Notes: generated by a model not told the origin, from the letters alone. A stretch of 64,000 nt of DNA from an uncultured Candidatus Entotheonella sp. (GCA_965217185.1 OZ244252.1:1504001-1568000); one strand, 5' to 3'; positions 18,429 to 28,924 are shown, numbered from the stretch's first letter. Program-made: numbers and translations.

Positions 18429-19010
18429 CTACGTTTCTTCCTCGGTGAGCCAGCGCCGCGTCGGCGGCGGTTGGTGCCGCTGCAGCGCATCGAGAAGGGT
18501 GAAGGGCTGTTCGGCGGTCACGAACAAGCCTCGGTATTTGGATTTGACGAAGCCTTTCCCAACCATGTGGTCGACCAACGATATCAGCGCATCGAAATAG
18601 CCCGCCACGTTCAGCACGCCGATCGGCTTACGATGAATGCCGAGTTGTGCCCAGGCAATGACTTCGAACAATTCTTCGAGGGTGCCATAGCCGCCCGGCA
18701 AGGCGATAAAGGTGTCCGACAGCGACGCCATGAGGGCCTTGCGCTCGTGCATGCTGGACACGACGTACAGTTTCGTCACCGTCTCGTGAGCCAGTTCTCG
18801 ATCCGTCATCGGCTTGGGAATAACGCCGGTCACGGTGCCGCCCGCCTCCAGAACGGCATCCGCGATAGTCCCCATCAGGCCGACGTGCCCGCCGCCGTAT
18901 ACCAAGCCGTGACCGCGTTGCGCCAGCAAGCGGCCCAGTTCGATGGCGGCTTGCCGGTAGCGGGCGTCGGTGCCGCTTTGCGAACCGCAAAACACGCAGA
19001 TATTCCGCAT
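18429..19010 (-). CDS. LOG family nucleotide phosphoribohydrolase (TIGR00730)
   Basis: CVFCGS, YGGGHVGLMG, MHERK and PGGYGTLEE motifs. Confidence 0.93.
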   Translation of the reverse strand: MRNICVFCGSQSGTDARYRQAAIELGRLLAQRGHGLVYGGGHVGLMGTIADAVLEAGGTVTGVIPKPMTDRELAHETVTKLYVVSSMHERKALMASLSDTFIALPGGYGTLEELFEVIAWAQLGIHRKPIGVLNVAGYFDALISLVDHMVGKGFVKSKYRGLFVTAEQPFTLLDALQRHQPPPTRRWLTEEET

Positions 19011-19032
19011 GCGTTTTGTACCTCTTTACCTT

Positions 19033-19770
19033 TCAAGATGCGTCGAGGAGCGTCAGCAGATCTTGCCAGGACGTGATGATGGGCACCGACAGATCAGAGG
19101 GAGGCGTCATCAAAGCAGCCGCGTCCCGTTGCCGCTGAGCATAGACCGTCTGCACCGGTTGCATGCCCGCCAGCAAGGAGCCCTGCACGTCGGTCCGCGG
19201 GTCGTCTCCAACAAAAAGGATCGACGCCGGCGGCACCTCCAAAGCGTCAATCAAACTCTGAAAAACCTGCGGGTGCGGCTTTCGATACCCCAGATCGGCG
19301 GAAACCAGCAGAACGTCGAAAAAGGACGACAGGTTCAGGTGGTCGAGAATCTGTCGCGCCGCCGGACCGTGGGTCAGATTGGATAGCAGGCCGAGGCGGT
19401 AGCGCGGCTTGAGAGTGGCCAGCATGTCAGCGGTGCCGGGGAGCGGTCGGGCGTTGTCGACGAAGGCCGAGAAATACGCTTCCACGGCCTCGGCCACGCG
19501 CGGATCCTGCGACGGCACGTCGATACCCATCTGTTGCAACGCGGTGCTGACCCACAAGCCATTATGGGTTTCCTCGCCCGAGCGCTCGGCCTCGCTGACG
19601 AATTGCCGGGCCACGTCGCGGTACACCGGCATGAAGTCATCGGCATGCACGGCAACCCCTTGCGCCTTCAGACTGTCGAGCAGCCGGTCGATCGACGAAT
19701 AGCGGCTCGGCATGTCCACGGTGATCAGGGTGTTGAAGAGGTCGAATGCCACCGCCCGAATTTTGTCCAT
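19033..19770 (-). CDS. HAD family hydrolase
   Basis: FDLFNTL, LLSN, RKPHP and FVGDD motifs. Confidence 0.88.
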   Translation of the reverse strand: MDKIRAVAFDLFNTLITVDMPSRYSSIDRLLDSLKAQGVAVHADDFMPVYRDVARQFVSEAERSGEETHNGLWVSTALQQMGIDVPSQDPRVAEAVEAYFSAFVDNARPLPGTADMLATLKPRYRLGLLSNLTHGPAARQILDHLNLSSFFDVLLVSADLGYRKPHPQVFQSLIDALEVPPASILFVGDDPRTDVQGSLLAGMQPVQTVYAQRQRDAAALMTPPSDLSVPIITSWQDLLTLLDAS

Positions 19771-19976
19771 GGGCTCCCCAGATGATGCTTGTTCGGTTGC
19801 CGGTTTCTGCTTTCCGGCGGCTGCATCTTGCCACACAAAACCACGCCTCACAATTGCGCGGCGCCGTGCTTGCAGTGCTGAGGGCCATCACGTAAAGTGT
19901 GCCGCTCGTAGGTCGAATCGTGTTTTGCCGACACTTAACCCATGTAACTACAACGACCTGGGCGGGAGACGACGAC

Positions 19977-21179
19977 ATGATCCATACACTATTCAAAACG
20001 CGGCGTCAGGCCGTTGCAACTTTGCTGGCCGTGGCGCTTCTGACCGTGCCGTCCCTTTCGGCAAATGAAGCGACGACCCTGAACGGCGATGCGTCGGCGC
20101 AGCACGAGCAAGCTGCGCTGGCGCGTATTGCCGATCCGCCGCTAGGTTTGCCGGACGTGCCCGTGCCTGACGACAACCCGCCTACCGCTGCCAAGATCAG
20201 CCTCGGCCGCAAGCTGTTTTTCGATGAACGCCTGTCCCATAGCGGCGAGCTGTCATGTGGCTCGTGCCACCTGCCCCATGAGGGCTTCACGGTTAACAAA
20301 GGCACCACGCCGGTCGGTCATGACGGCATGATCCTGCGGCGCAATGCCCCGACCCTGTTGAACGTCGCCTACCAACGTTCGTTCTTCCGCGACGGACGGC
20401 AGAGCAGCCTCGAAAAACAGGCCCTTGAGCCTTTCACCGTGGCGGACGAACTGGCCAACCCGTCGCTGGATGTGGTGATCGACCGGATCCGCCAGTTGCC
20501 CGATTATGCCGGCCTTTTCGAGGAAGCATTCGGCGAGGGTCCCAGCCCGCGAACCCTCGCGCATGCCATCTCTACCTACGAGCGCACGTTGTTGGCCGCC
20601 GATTCCGCCTTTGACCGCTGGCGCTACGGCGGGCAGGAGAATGCCCTGGACGCCATTGCCAAACAAGGTTTCGAGCTGTTCACTGGCAAGGCTGGCTGCG
20701 TCAACTGCCACGCCCTTAACGACCGCGAGGCGCTGTTCACCGACCACCTGTTCCACGATGACGGCGTCGGCTGGATTCCGTCCCGAGACATCGGCGCTGG
20801 ACAACTGATAACGCGCCGGGGCATGCCCATCTACACCGCGGTCAACGATCCCGACGCCGTTGCAACGCCTTCCGACATGGGCCGCATGGAGATCACCAAG
20901 GAATTTATCGACATGTTCCGGTACCGCACGCCTTCCCTGCGCAACGTCGAACTCACGGCGCCCTACATGCACAACGGCACCTTCGAGACGCTTGAAGACA
21001 TCGTCGCATACTACGGCGAAGGCGGCTTCCGCCACTTCGGTATCGACCGCCTGGTGCGCGATCTACGTCTGAACGACACGGAAAAGGCGGCGCTGGTAGC
21101 CTTCCTGAAAAGCCTGACGGCGGGAAACATCGAGGCGCTGATCGTGGAGGCACAGAGTGAAGCGACGCCGGAGCCGTAA
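19977..21179 (+). CDS. di-haem cytochrome c peroxidase/MauG family protein
   Basis: Signal peptide, CGSCH and CVNCH haem motifs, RNAPTLLN, RTPSLRNV..TAPYMHNG. Confidence 0.9.
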   Translation: MIHTLFKTRRQAVATLLAVALLTVPSLSANEATTLNGDASAQHEQAALARIADPPLGLPDVPVPDDNPPTAAKISLGRKLFFDERLSHSGELSCGSCHLPHEGFTVNKGTTPVGHDGMILRRNAPTLLNVAYQRSFFRDGRQSSLEKQALEPFTVADELANPSLDVVIDRIRQLPDYAGLFEEAFGEGPSPRTLAHAISTYERTLLAADSAFDRWRYGGQENALDAIAKQGFELFTGKAGCVNCHALNDREALFTDHLFHDDGVGWIPSRDIGAGQLITRRGMPIYTAVNDPDAVATPSDMGRMEITKEFIDMFRYRTPSLRNVELTAPYMHNGTFETLEDIVAYYGEGGFRHFGIDRLVRDLRLNDTEKAALVAFLKSLTAGNIEALIVEAQSEATPEP

Positions 21180-21219
21180 CGGCTGTTGGTTATGAGAGGT
21201 GAGGTTATTGGAGGCAGGT

Positions 21220-21248
21220 CACGGGCGGAGCCGGTGCCCCCGCCCGTG
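21220..21248. terminator. hairpin between convergent genes
   Basis: CACGGGCGG / CCGCCCGTG inverted repeat. Confidence 0.45.
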
Positions 21249-21278
21249 GATCAGGATCAATCCGCAGGAAGCGGTGAC

Positions 21279-21520
21279 TTAACCGCGCAGGTTCTGCGCC
21301 ACGAAATCCCAGTTGACGAGATTCCAGAACGCCTTGATGTACTCGGGGCGGGCATTGCGGTAGTCGATGTAATAGGCGTGTTCCCACACGTCGCAGGTGA
21401 GCAACGGCGTGAGGCCGTCCGTCAGCAGGCAGCCGGCGTTGGCGGTCTTGGTAATACTGACGTTGCCGGGACCGTCTTTGACCAGCCAGACCCAGCCGAA
21501 GCCGAAGTGTCCGGCGGCCG
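21279..21520 (-). pseudogene. sodB: C-terminal remnant of an Fe-type superoxide dismutase
   Basis: [15 protein letters not shown] and [20 protein letters not shown]...VNWDF; the N-terminal domain is absent. Confidence 0.9.
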
Positions 21521-21551
21521 AGGCGCGGCGTATAGCTGAGCGGCTGTAGAT

Positions 21552-21791
21552 TTGCCACACGTCCAGGTACGGCAGTGGCTGAACAGGGCGGGGATAGAAA
21601 TTGGGGTGCTGGGGCTACGCCGCCTGGACCGGTGTATTTCTGGGCGCGAGGTCCTGCGGTGCGAAGTCGACGCTTGGCAGAACCATCGCGACCAGAATAC
21701 GGTGGGGGCAGACCCGCGTTTCACGACCGCGGATGCACACAATAGACTGAAGTCGCTATGCCGGAACAATACGATAGTGTTGGCCTACTAG
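21552..21791 (+). mobile_element. degenerate IS630-family transposase C-terminal fragment
   Basis: [12 protein letters not shown]...LDR...EVDAWQNHRD...RFTTADAHNRLKSL resembles the IS630 pattern SWLNMAEIE...WRFTT.DAR.KL. Confidence 0.75.
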
Positions 21792-22246
21792 GCACCGAAG
21801 CGAACTGCGGCTACCGGGTCGCTGTACTCGACACCCTTGGTGGACCAGAAGATGGTGGCAATCTCGTCCACGGCGGTGACCAGAGCTTCGGCCTTCTCCA
21901 TGCTGACGGTCTGCTTGCACTGGCCAGCAAGCTTGAGGGCGGCGTTGAATTTGCCGGCGATTTCGTTGGCGTCGGTGCCGGGCCAGCCGTAGTCTGCCCA
22001 GAGGATGCGAAGCTCGTGCTTGCAGAGTTCCGCGTGCTCTTCCTTCACCGTAACATAGCGACCCAGCGTGTTGGCGTACGCGACATCGCCCGTGTCTTCC
22101 AGCGCCTGGATGCGGAGAACCATCTTCTGCACGGTTTGTGCCGCAATCTTCGCGGAGACGGGATCGTAGATGCCACAGGGGATGTCACAGTGCGCGCTAG
22201 CGGTTCGGATGGAGAATAGACGCTCAACAGTCGATTTTACGCTCAT
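21788..22246 (-). CDS. sodN: nickel superoxide dismutase precursor
   Basis: Ni-hook HCDIPCGIYDP after an 18-aa leader; KEEHAELCKHEL.ILW.DY. Confidence 0.95.
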   Translation of the reverse strand: MSVKSTVERLFSIRTASAHCDIPCGIYDPVSAKIAAQTVQKMVLRIQALEDTGDVAYANTLGRYVTVKEEHAELCKHELRILWADYGWPGTDANEIAGKFNAALKLAGQCKQTVSMEKAEALVTAVDEIATIFWSTKGVEYSDPVAAVRFGA

Positions 22247-22354
22247 TTGAACCTTCCTTTCGGGGAGTTTGAAATGTGGTGAGGGGATACAATAAACGCC
22301 CTTTTTGTGCAGTGCAAGGGGTTGCCGCTTCTAGCGGCTCTCTGCACGGGGTCG

Positions 22355-22846
22355 ATGAAGAGATGGTTTGGCATGTCTGCCAGATTTCTGTTGTACAGGG
22401 TACGAGGTCAGAGCATGGCGCCAACACTGCGTCAGGGGGACTATGTACTGGTAAGCGCATGCGAAGACCTAGCGCGAGCGCCGAAGCGAGGCGATATCGT
22501 TGTTGTCGCAACGGACGGGGGAAGGTACGTGAAGCGCGTCGTAGGATTGCCTGGTGAGCGCGTGGAATTCACAGAGGGCATGCTCCTTGTTGACGGCGAC
22601 AGACTTATAGAGCCTTACCTGCGCGGGCTGCCGCCGTATCTCGGCCTGGAAGACTCCGAATTTTCGCTCGTGCGGGACGAGTATTTCGTTATGGGCGACA
22701 ACCGGTCGCACAGCGCCGATAGCCGGCATAGTGGTCCGGTCACTCGCTCAAGCATAGAGGGCAGGACACTATGGCGTGTGTGGCCGCCGGTGCGCCGGGG
22801 TAATCGCCCTGGACATTGGAACCGGCCGGGTAAGCGGACGGACTGA
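22355..22846 (+). CDS. sodX: S26 peptidase, probable NiSOD maturation protease
   Basis: GQSMAPTL, VKRV, GDNR and SADSR motifs; divergent from sodN. Confidence 0.75.
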   Translation: MKRWFGMSARFLLYRVRGQSMAPTLRQGDYVLVSACEDLARAPKRGDIVVVATDGGRYVKRVVGLPGERVEFTEGMLLVDGDRLIEPYLRGLPPYLGLEDSEFSLVRDEYFVMGDNRSHSADSRHSGPVTRSSIEGRTLWRVWPPVRRGNRPGHWNRPGKRTD

Positions 22847-23013
22847 ACGGGTGGGATTGCGGTCTGATAAACTACGCACAAAGGTTCTGGAGGCAAATCC
22901 AACACGGCAGGGTGTCAAGTTTCATGGGGCGCGCTGAGCTGCGAGGGCAATAGCCTGGATGGGTGCCGCCCCGGGGACTTTCAGCATGATGCCAAACTGG
23001 AGGAGAAGTCAGG

Positions 23014-24786
23014 ATGGCGATCCATCATCAAAGCGAGCACACCGAGGTTGACCACAGTACCGGCAGACCGGTGATTCGCGGCCGCAACGGTATCGTCTCC
23101 ACCGGCCACTACCTGACCTCCATGGCGGCGATGCGGCAGTTGCTGGCCGGTGGTAACGCCTTCGACGGCGCCGTGGCCGCCTGCATAGCAGCCGCGGTGG
23201 TCGAGCCGACCGCGTCCTACTCCCTGGCTGCCGAGGGAGTCGGCATGTTTTTCCACGCTGCCAGTGGGGAGTTGTCAGCAGTGAGCGGCCAAGGCGTGGC
23301 GCCGCGGCTCGCCACCATCGAGGCGTTCCGGAGCCGGGGGCTGGAGAAAATTCCCACCGGCCCGGGGCTGCAGGCGCACCTGTCGTTCACCGTGCCCGGC
23401 GTCGTGGACGCCTGTTTCCGCCTGCTCGACACCTACGGCAGCAAAACCCTGGCGGAGGTCCTGGCCCCGGCCATCGAATACGCCGAGCAGGGCTTCCCGA
23501 TGTACGAATACATGCACCGTATGCTGGGCAGCCCGGACACCCAGGCGCAGTTCGACCTTTACCCGCCGGGCGGCTCGGACGTGTTTTACCCCGGAGGCTC
23601 AATTCCGGCGGTCGGCGACCGGTTTGTTCAACCCCAGCTTGCCGCCACGTTGCGCCTGCTGGTGCAGGCCGAAGCGAACACCACCGGCTCGAGGCGGGAT
23701 GGTTTGCGAGCAGCACGGGCGGTGTTCTACGAGGGCGAAATCGCCCACCGTATCGCCGCGTTTTCCGAACGCTGCGGCGGTCTCTTGCGGCATGACGATC
23801 TGACCGCCTACCAATCGCGCATCGAGAGCCCCATCGAAACCCGCTTCGCCGGCTATTCCATTCACACGCAATCGACCTGGTCGCAGGCCGGCGTTCTGCT
23901 GCAAACGCTGAACATGCTTGAGCACCTCGACCTGCGTGCCTTGGGACACAATTCACCCGCCTACGTGCACACCGTCACCGAAGCCATGAAGCTGGCCTTT
24001 GCCGATCGTGAGTGCTACTACGGCGACCCCGAATTCGCGCTGGTGCCGATCGACGGCCTGCTTGACAAGGCTTACGCGGCGAAGCGTCTGCAAGCCATCG
24101 GTGAGCGGGCTTGCCCGCAATTGCCCCCGCCTGGCACGCCCTCGGGAGCAACGGCGGCATCGACAAACCCGCAGCCGGCGGCAGCCGGGGTCCCCGAGGC
24201 GTCAGAAGAAGGCACGACGCATCTGGCCGTGATCGACGGTAACGGCAACATGGTGTGCATGACGCCGAGCGGCGGCGTATTCCGCAAGTCGGCCTTCGCG
24301 CCAGAGCTGGGCTGCACGCTCAGCACCCGCAGCGAGATGTTTTTCCTCGACCCCGATCACCCCAACGGCCTGCAACCCGGCAAGCGTCCCCGCACCACTT
24401 TAGTGAATTACATCGTCTGCAAGGACGGGCAACCGGTCATGACCTTTGGCTGCCCCGGCGGCGACGATCAGGCGCAGGCCAATTTGCAGTTGATGCTTAA
24501 CGTGCTCATCTTCGGCATGGACCCCCAAGAAGCGGTAGAGGCACCGAGATTCTCCACCCAGAGCATGCCCAACTCATTCTACCCGCGCGTCTACCACCCC
24601 GGCGTCCTCAACCTCGAAACCGGATTTTCGGATGCCGCCACCGCGGCGCTGGCCACCATGGGTCACAAGATCAATCGCGTCGGCGCCTGCGGCATCGGTG
24701 CTGTGATTACCCAGCGCGACCCCGACACCGGCATCCTGGCCGCCGGGGCCGACCCCCGCCGTCCGACTTACGCCCTTGCCTGGTGA
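23014..24786 (+). CDS. gamma-glutamyltransferase family protein
   Basis: GGNAFDGAVA, TVPG, TTHLAVID, PGKRPRTT and ADPRR motifs. Confidence 0.92.
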   Translation: MAIHHQSEHTEVDHSTGRPVIRGRNGIVSTGHYLTSMAAMRQLLAGGNAFDGAVAACIAAAVVEPTASYSLAAEGVGMFFHAASGELSAVSGQGVAPRLATIEAFRSRGLEKIPTGPGLQAHLSFTVPGVVDACFRLLDTYGSKTLAEVLAPAIEYAEQGFPMYEYMHRMLGSPDTQAQFDLYPPGGSDVFYPGGSIPAVGDRFVQPQLAATLRLLVQAEANTTGSRRDGLRAARAVFYEGEIAHRIAAFSERCGGLLRHDDLTAYQSRIESPIETRFAGYSIHTQSTWSQAGVLLQTLNMLEHLDLRALGHNSPAYVHTVTEAMKLAFADRECYYGDPEFALVPIDGLLDKAYAAKRLQAIGERACPQLPPPGTPSGATAASTNPQPAAAGVPEASEEGTTHLAVIDGNGNMVCMTPSGGVFRKSAFAPELGCTLSTRSEMFFLDPDHPNGLQPGKRPRTTLVNYIVCKDGQPVMTFGCPGGDDQAQANLQLMLNVLIFGMDPQEAVEAPRFSTQSMPNSFYPRVYHPGVLNLETGFSDAATAALATMGHKINRVGACGIGAVITQRDPDTGILAAGADPRRPTYALAW

Positions 24787-24848
24787 CAGCCGCAAGGGTT
24801 AACGGGCATCGGCACAACAGCTTGCGCTGCTGGATCAGGAGGTATGCG

Positions 24849-25091
24849 ATGAACGAACCTTTGACAGCAGTATTTGAAAAATGTCCCCACGGATACATTG
24901 GCTATGTTGAGGAACTGCCAGGTGCCAATACACAAGGAAACATTCTGGAAGAAGCGAAAGCGAACCTGATCGAGGCTGTCCAACTTGTGCTGCAGGCAAA
25001 CCGGGAATTGGCGGGAGAGCAATTCGTCGTAGGCAATCTCGAGACCGAGGAATCCAGTGGTAGCGAAACACCACGTGATCTCCAATTCTGA
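24849..25091 (+). CDS. HicB family antitoxin (no adjacent hicA)
   Basis: YIGYVEELPGANTQG..LEEAKANLIEAVQL motif. Confidence 0.85.
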   Translation: MNEPLTAVFEKCPHGYIGYVEELPGANTQGNILEEAKANLIEAVQLVLQANRELAGEQFVVGNLETEESSGSETPRDLQF

Positions 25092-27069
25092 GGGATGGGA
25101 GGGCGTAAACCCATCGACTTCACTCGAAAATCCCCAATTTCCACTGGCTGATTCGGATGTGAAGGCAGTTGTCCAGTCCATAGACCCCACCGATAGCAAG
25201 CAAGTCCAATTACCGCTGAACCTGTTGTTTGGAGAATCTCTGCCGGAAGCCAAGGCGAAAAAACAATCAGGAAGGACCAACACGCCGAAACGTGAACGGC
25301 CCGCCTCCACCGAATCAGCGCGCGTGATGCTGGAAGAGGCGGTCTGTCACGCCCGTGCTATCACAGCATCCATACGCACAGAAGACCGACTCGCTTTCGC
25401 ACGCGGTTTCGTGTTTGACGTGATCTCCGCCTACTGGAGGCAGCGGCAGCCACGTCGGGGACGCAGTCGGTCATTGCTCAAATTGTCACCAGGCATTGAG
25501 GTTGCTTCTGTGCCGGGAACGACGACAGAGATTGCGCGAATCATCGGTACCGCCGCGGCAGGATTGGATACGACGGCGGCCAGTTACATGATCGGCGTGC
25601 TCTACACCGCGACGATGCCAGACAAGTATCGGGCGGAACTCGGCGCCTATTACACGCCGCCGGAATTGTGCGAGCGGTTGCTCGACATGGTAACGGAGAC
25701 CGGTGTCGACTGGCGTTCGGTCCGAGTGCTTGACCCTGCGTGCGGAGGCGGGGCTTTTTTGTCGGCGGTGGCACGGCGTATGGCAGATAAGATGGGGGGC
25801 TGCGACGCCAAGACGGCCCTGACGAATATCGTGGGGCGGTTGTGCGGGTTCGATTTGGATCCATTCGCTGCCTGGATGTCACAGGTGTTCCTTGAGGTGA
25901 CGCTCGATGACCTCTGCCGGTCGGCCAAAATGCGACTCCGATCCATCGTGCGTGTCTGTGATGGCCTAGCGCAACTTCCCGAAAATCATGGATTTGATCT
26001 CGTCGTCGGAAATCCGCCATACGGGCGCGCCGCGCTGCCGCAAGAGTTACGGGACGTGTACCGACGCAGCCTGTTCGGTCACGCTAACCTATATGGCTTG
26101 TTCACCGACCTCGCCGTGCGCTTTGCCCGGCCTGGCGGTGTCATCGCCTACGTGACACCTACCAGTTTCCTTGCGGGTAAATATTTCAAATCGTTGCGCG
26201 GTTTGTTGGGGCAAGAAGCTCCACCGGTAAGCATGGGTTTTGTGGAAGCCCGCAAGGGCGTATTTGCTGACGTGCTGCAGGAAACGTTGCTCGCGACGTA
26301 TTGCCGCGGCGGTAATCCGCGCGCGGCGCACGTGCATTTTATCTCCCCGACCTTGGATGGTCCGATCAAGACGACGACGGCTGGGTCGTTTCATCTTCCA
26401 AAGCGTCCCGACCAGCCGTGGCTGATACCGCGTACGCAACGGCAAGGTGAGTTGATTCGTCGGATCGGTGCTTCCCCATACCGGTTAGCTGATTACGGTT
26501 ATACGGTGAGCACAGGCCCCCTGGTTTGGAATCGTCACAAGGAGAGCCTGCGGGACGTGGGTGGGAAGCGACGCTATCCGGTGATCTGGGCAGAATCGGT
26601 ACGTTCGGATGGCGTGTTCGAGTTCCGAGCGCGGAAGCGGAATCACCAACCGTACTTCGAGCCGAAACCGAACGAAAAGTGGGTAGTAACGGACTTCGCG
26701 TGTGTGCTCCTGCAAAGGACGACGGCAAAGGAGCAACGGAGACGGCTGATCGCGGCAGAGCTTCCGGCGTCGTTCATCGCTGAACACCGCGCCGTCGTCG
26801 TGGAGAATCATCTCAACATGGTCAAGCCGATCAACGGAGCGCCCAAAGTATCGCCGGCAACCGTTGCGGAACTGTTGAATAGCGAGGTTGTCGATCAACT
26901 GTTTCGTTGCATCGGCGGCAGCGTGGCGGTGTCGGCATACGAATTGGAAGCGCTGCCCTTGCCGCCGCCGGACGCCCTGAAAGAATTCGAACGGCTCGTC
27001 GAACAGCGCGCGAATCGCACGGTACTTGAGAGGGCTGTGGAACGCCTGTACGGAAATGGGGCGGCATGA
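25057..27069 (+). CDS. type II N6-adenine DNA methyltransferase (BsuBI/PstI-like system); start uncertain
   Basis: GAYYTP, VLDPACGGGAF, VVGNPPY and YTVSTGPLVWNR motifs. Confidence 0.9.
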   Translation: MVAKHHVISNSEGWEGVNPSTSLENPQFPLADSDVKAVVQSIDPTDSKQVQLPLNLLFGESLPEAKAKKQSGRTNTPKRERPASTESARVMLEEAVCHARAITASIRTEDRLAFARGFVFDVISAYWRQRQPRRGRSRSLLKLSPGIEVASVPGTTTEIARIIGTAAAGLDTTAASYMIGVLYTATMPDKYRAELGAYYTPPELCERLLDMVTETGVDWRSVRVLDPACGGGAFLSAVARRMADKMGGCDAKTALTNIVGRLCGFDLDPFAAWMSQVFLEVTLDDLCRSAKMRLRSIVRVCDGLAQLPENHGFDLVVGNPPYGRAALPQELRDVYRRSLFGHANLYGLFTDLAVRFARPGGVIAYVTPTSFLAGKYFKSLRGLLGQEAPPVSMGFVEARKGVFADVLQETLLATYCRGGNPRAAHVHFISPTLDGPIKTTTAGSFHLPKRPDQPWLIPRTQRQGELIRRIGASPYRLADYGYTVSTGPLVWNRHKESLRDVGGKRRYPVIWAESVRSDGVFEFRARKRNHQPYFEPKPNEKWVVTDFACVLLQRTTAKEQRRRLIAAELPASFIAEHRAVVVENHLNMVKPINGAPKVSPATVAELLNSEVVDQLFRCIGGSVAVSAYELEALPLPPPDALKEFERLVEQRANRTVLERAVERLYGNGAA

Positions 27070-28150
27070 TGCCATTGCCCGCGCTCTTGCCTGTCTCTGA
27101 AATTCACAAACGATTGCGGGTCATTTTTCCGGAAGGAACGCCAAACCGGAATTATGTAACGCGCGAAATCGCGGCGAAGACAATCTTTGTGCTGCTATAT
27201 ATCGGTGCAATTGATGGCGCCGAACGCTGGCTGCGGCCAGACCAGGTCACACGTATGACGGATGCGCAAGCGACGCTGACGGGCGACGAAGCGCGGGAAT
27301 CGTGGCTGGAAGCGTCGCTGCAGCCGGCAACCGGTTACATCGAAGGACGATGGTACGCGGCGAATACACGCGAACCGATCCGCGATGAAACACTGCGTGA
27401 GGGTCTGGTACGCCTCGGCGCTGTGAAGGAGCGAGAAAACCTCCCCACGACATCACCGAGGCCGCGATATGCCCTCACACAGGATTTCGCGGCGTTGTTC
27501 GCTCCCGTCTTGCCCAGGGAAGGACTTGAGACAGCCATTACCAGTTGGCAGGAAGCCAATCTATCCAGCGGCGCGTTGGCCCGAGTTGTAATCATGCGAC
27601 GCGGTGCGGTCGCTCGCAGGGGGCGGGCGCTGGTAACGTTTCCGAGCGGCGAAACACGCTCCATGGAACCAGGGCCGAGCTCTGTTCTTTCAAAAGCGGT
27701 CGTCGAAGAGTTCGCGATGCGCTTTCTGGAACGCCCAAGCGTGATTTGGTTAAGCGAGAGCCGTAACCACGTGGTGGCCCGCGACGACCAACTGGCACAA
27801 GACATCGGGCTGACCATTCAACCCGACCGGAATCTGCCGGATTTGATTCTGGTGGATCTTGGACCGGCTGAGCCGCTGTTGGTATTTGTGGAGGTGCAAC
27901 GGCTGGCCCTGTGAATGAATTGCGGTGGACGGCGTTGCTGGCTCTGGCCATGGAGGCCGGATTCCGGGAAGAGCAAGTGGCGTTTGTTACGGCCTATGCG
28001 GACCGCGACAATACGGCGTTCTAGGGTTCCGTCAGTGACTTGGCATGGAAGTCGTTCGCCTGGTTTGCCTCCGAACCTGAACACATCATCATGCTGCATC
28101 GAGGCACCAACGCCGAACAGGTGCGCCTGTCTGACTTGATGCGAAGCTGA
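27066..28150 (+). pseudogene. BsuBI/PstI-family restriction endonuclease with a frameshift and a nonsense codon
   Basis: YAANTREPIRDE, TTSP.PRY and PDLILVD motifs. Frame shifts at ~27895 (VEV|ATAGPV), TAG at 28022-28024, and LAWKSFAWFASEPEHII continues to TGA at 28150. Confidence 0.88.
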
Positions 28151-28187
28151 TCTGAATTCACTCATCAAGACTCATGAAGGGGTTCCC

Positions 28188-28916
28188 ATGACAAACGAAC
28201 AATTACGCTCCGAACTGGCACCGACCGGCGTGCTGCGGGCGGGTATCAACATGGCCAATTTTCTGCTTGTCACCGGGCGCCGGGACGATGGCGCTCCGCA
28301 GGGCGTGGCGCCCGACATGGCGAGCGCCGTGGCTGAGCGCCTGGGCGTGGAGGTCGACTACGTGCCTTACGAAACGCCTGGGCAACTCGCCGACGACGCG
28401 ACCAACGGTGTCTGGGACATCGGCCTGATCGGCGCTGAGCCGGCGCGCGCCGAGCACATCGCGTTTTCGGCGGCGTACGTGGAGATCGAGGCTACCTACC
28501 TGGTGCCGGCGGATTCCCCGATACAGGCCGTAGCTGACGTCGATCAGCCCGGCGTACGCATCGCGGTAGCGGCCCGCAGCGCGTACGATCTCTATCTGAC
28601 GCGCAACATTCAGCATGCCGAGTTGGTGCGGGTGGCCGGGTTGAACGCCTCCTACGATCTGTTCGTCAACGACAAGCTTGACGCCCTGGCCGGGCTGCGC
28701 CCGCGGCTCATGTCGGACGTCGAGAAGCTGCCCGGCGCCCGCCTGCTCGACGGCAAATTCACCGCCGTGCAGCAGGCCATCGGCACGCCGCGCGACCGTG
28801 GGGCCGCCGCGGCGTTCTTGCGTGACTTCGTGGAGGAGGCGAAGGCGAGCGGTTTGGTGGGCCAGTTCATCGAGCGCCACCGGGTCAGGGGCCTGTCAGT
28901 GGCGCCGCCGGCATAA
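28188..28916 (+). CDS. polar amino-acid type substrate-binding domain protein
   Basis: LAPTGVLRAGIN and VDQPGVRIAV..SAYDLYL motifs. Confidence 0.8.
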   Translation: MTNEQLRSELAPTGVLRAGINMANFLLVTGRRDDGAPQGVAPDMASAVAERLGVEVDYVPYETPGQLADDATNGVWDIGLIGAEPARAEHIAFSAAYVEIEATYLVPADSPIQAVADVDQPGVRIAVAARSAYDLYLTRNIQHAELVRVAGLNASYDLFVNDKLDALAGLRPRLMSDVEKLPGARLLDGKFTAVQQAIGTPRDRGAAAAFLRDFVEEAKASGLVGQFIERHRVRGLSVAPPA

Positions 28917-28924
28917 GGAGCCGG

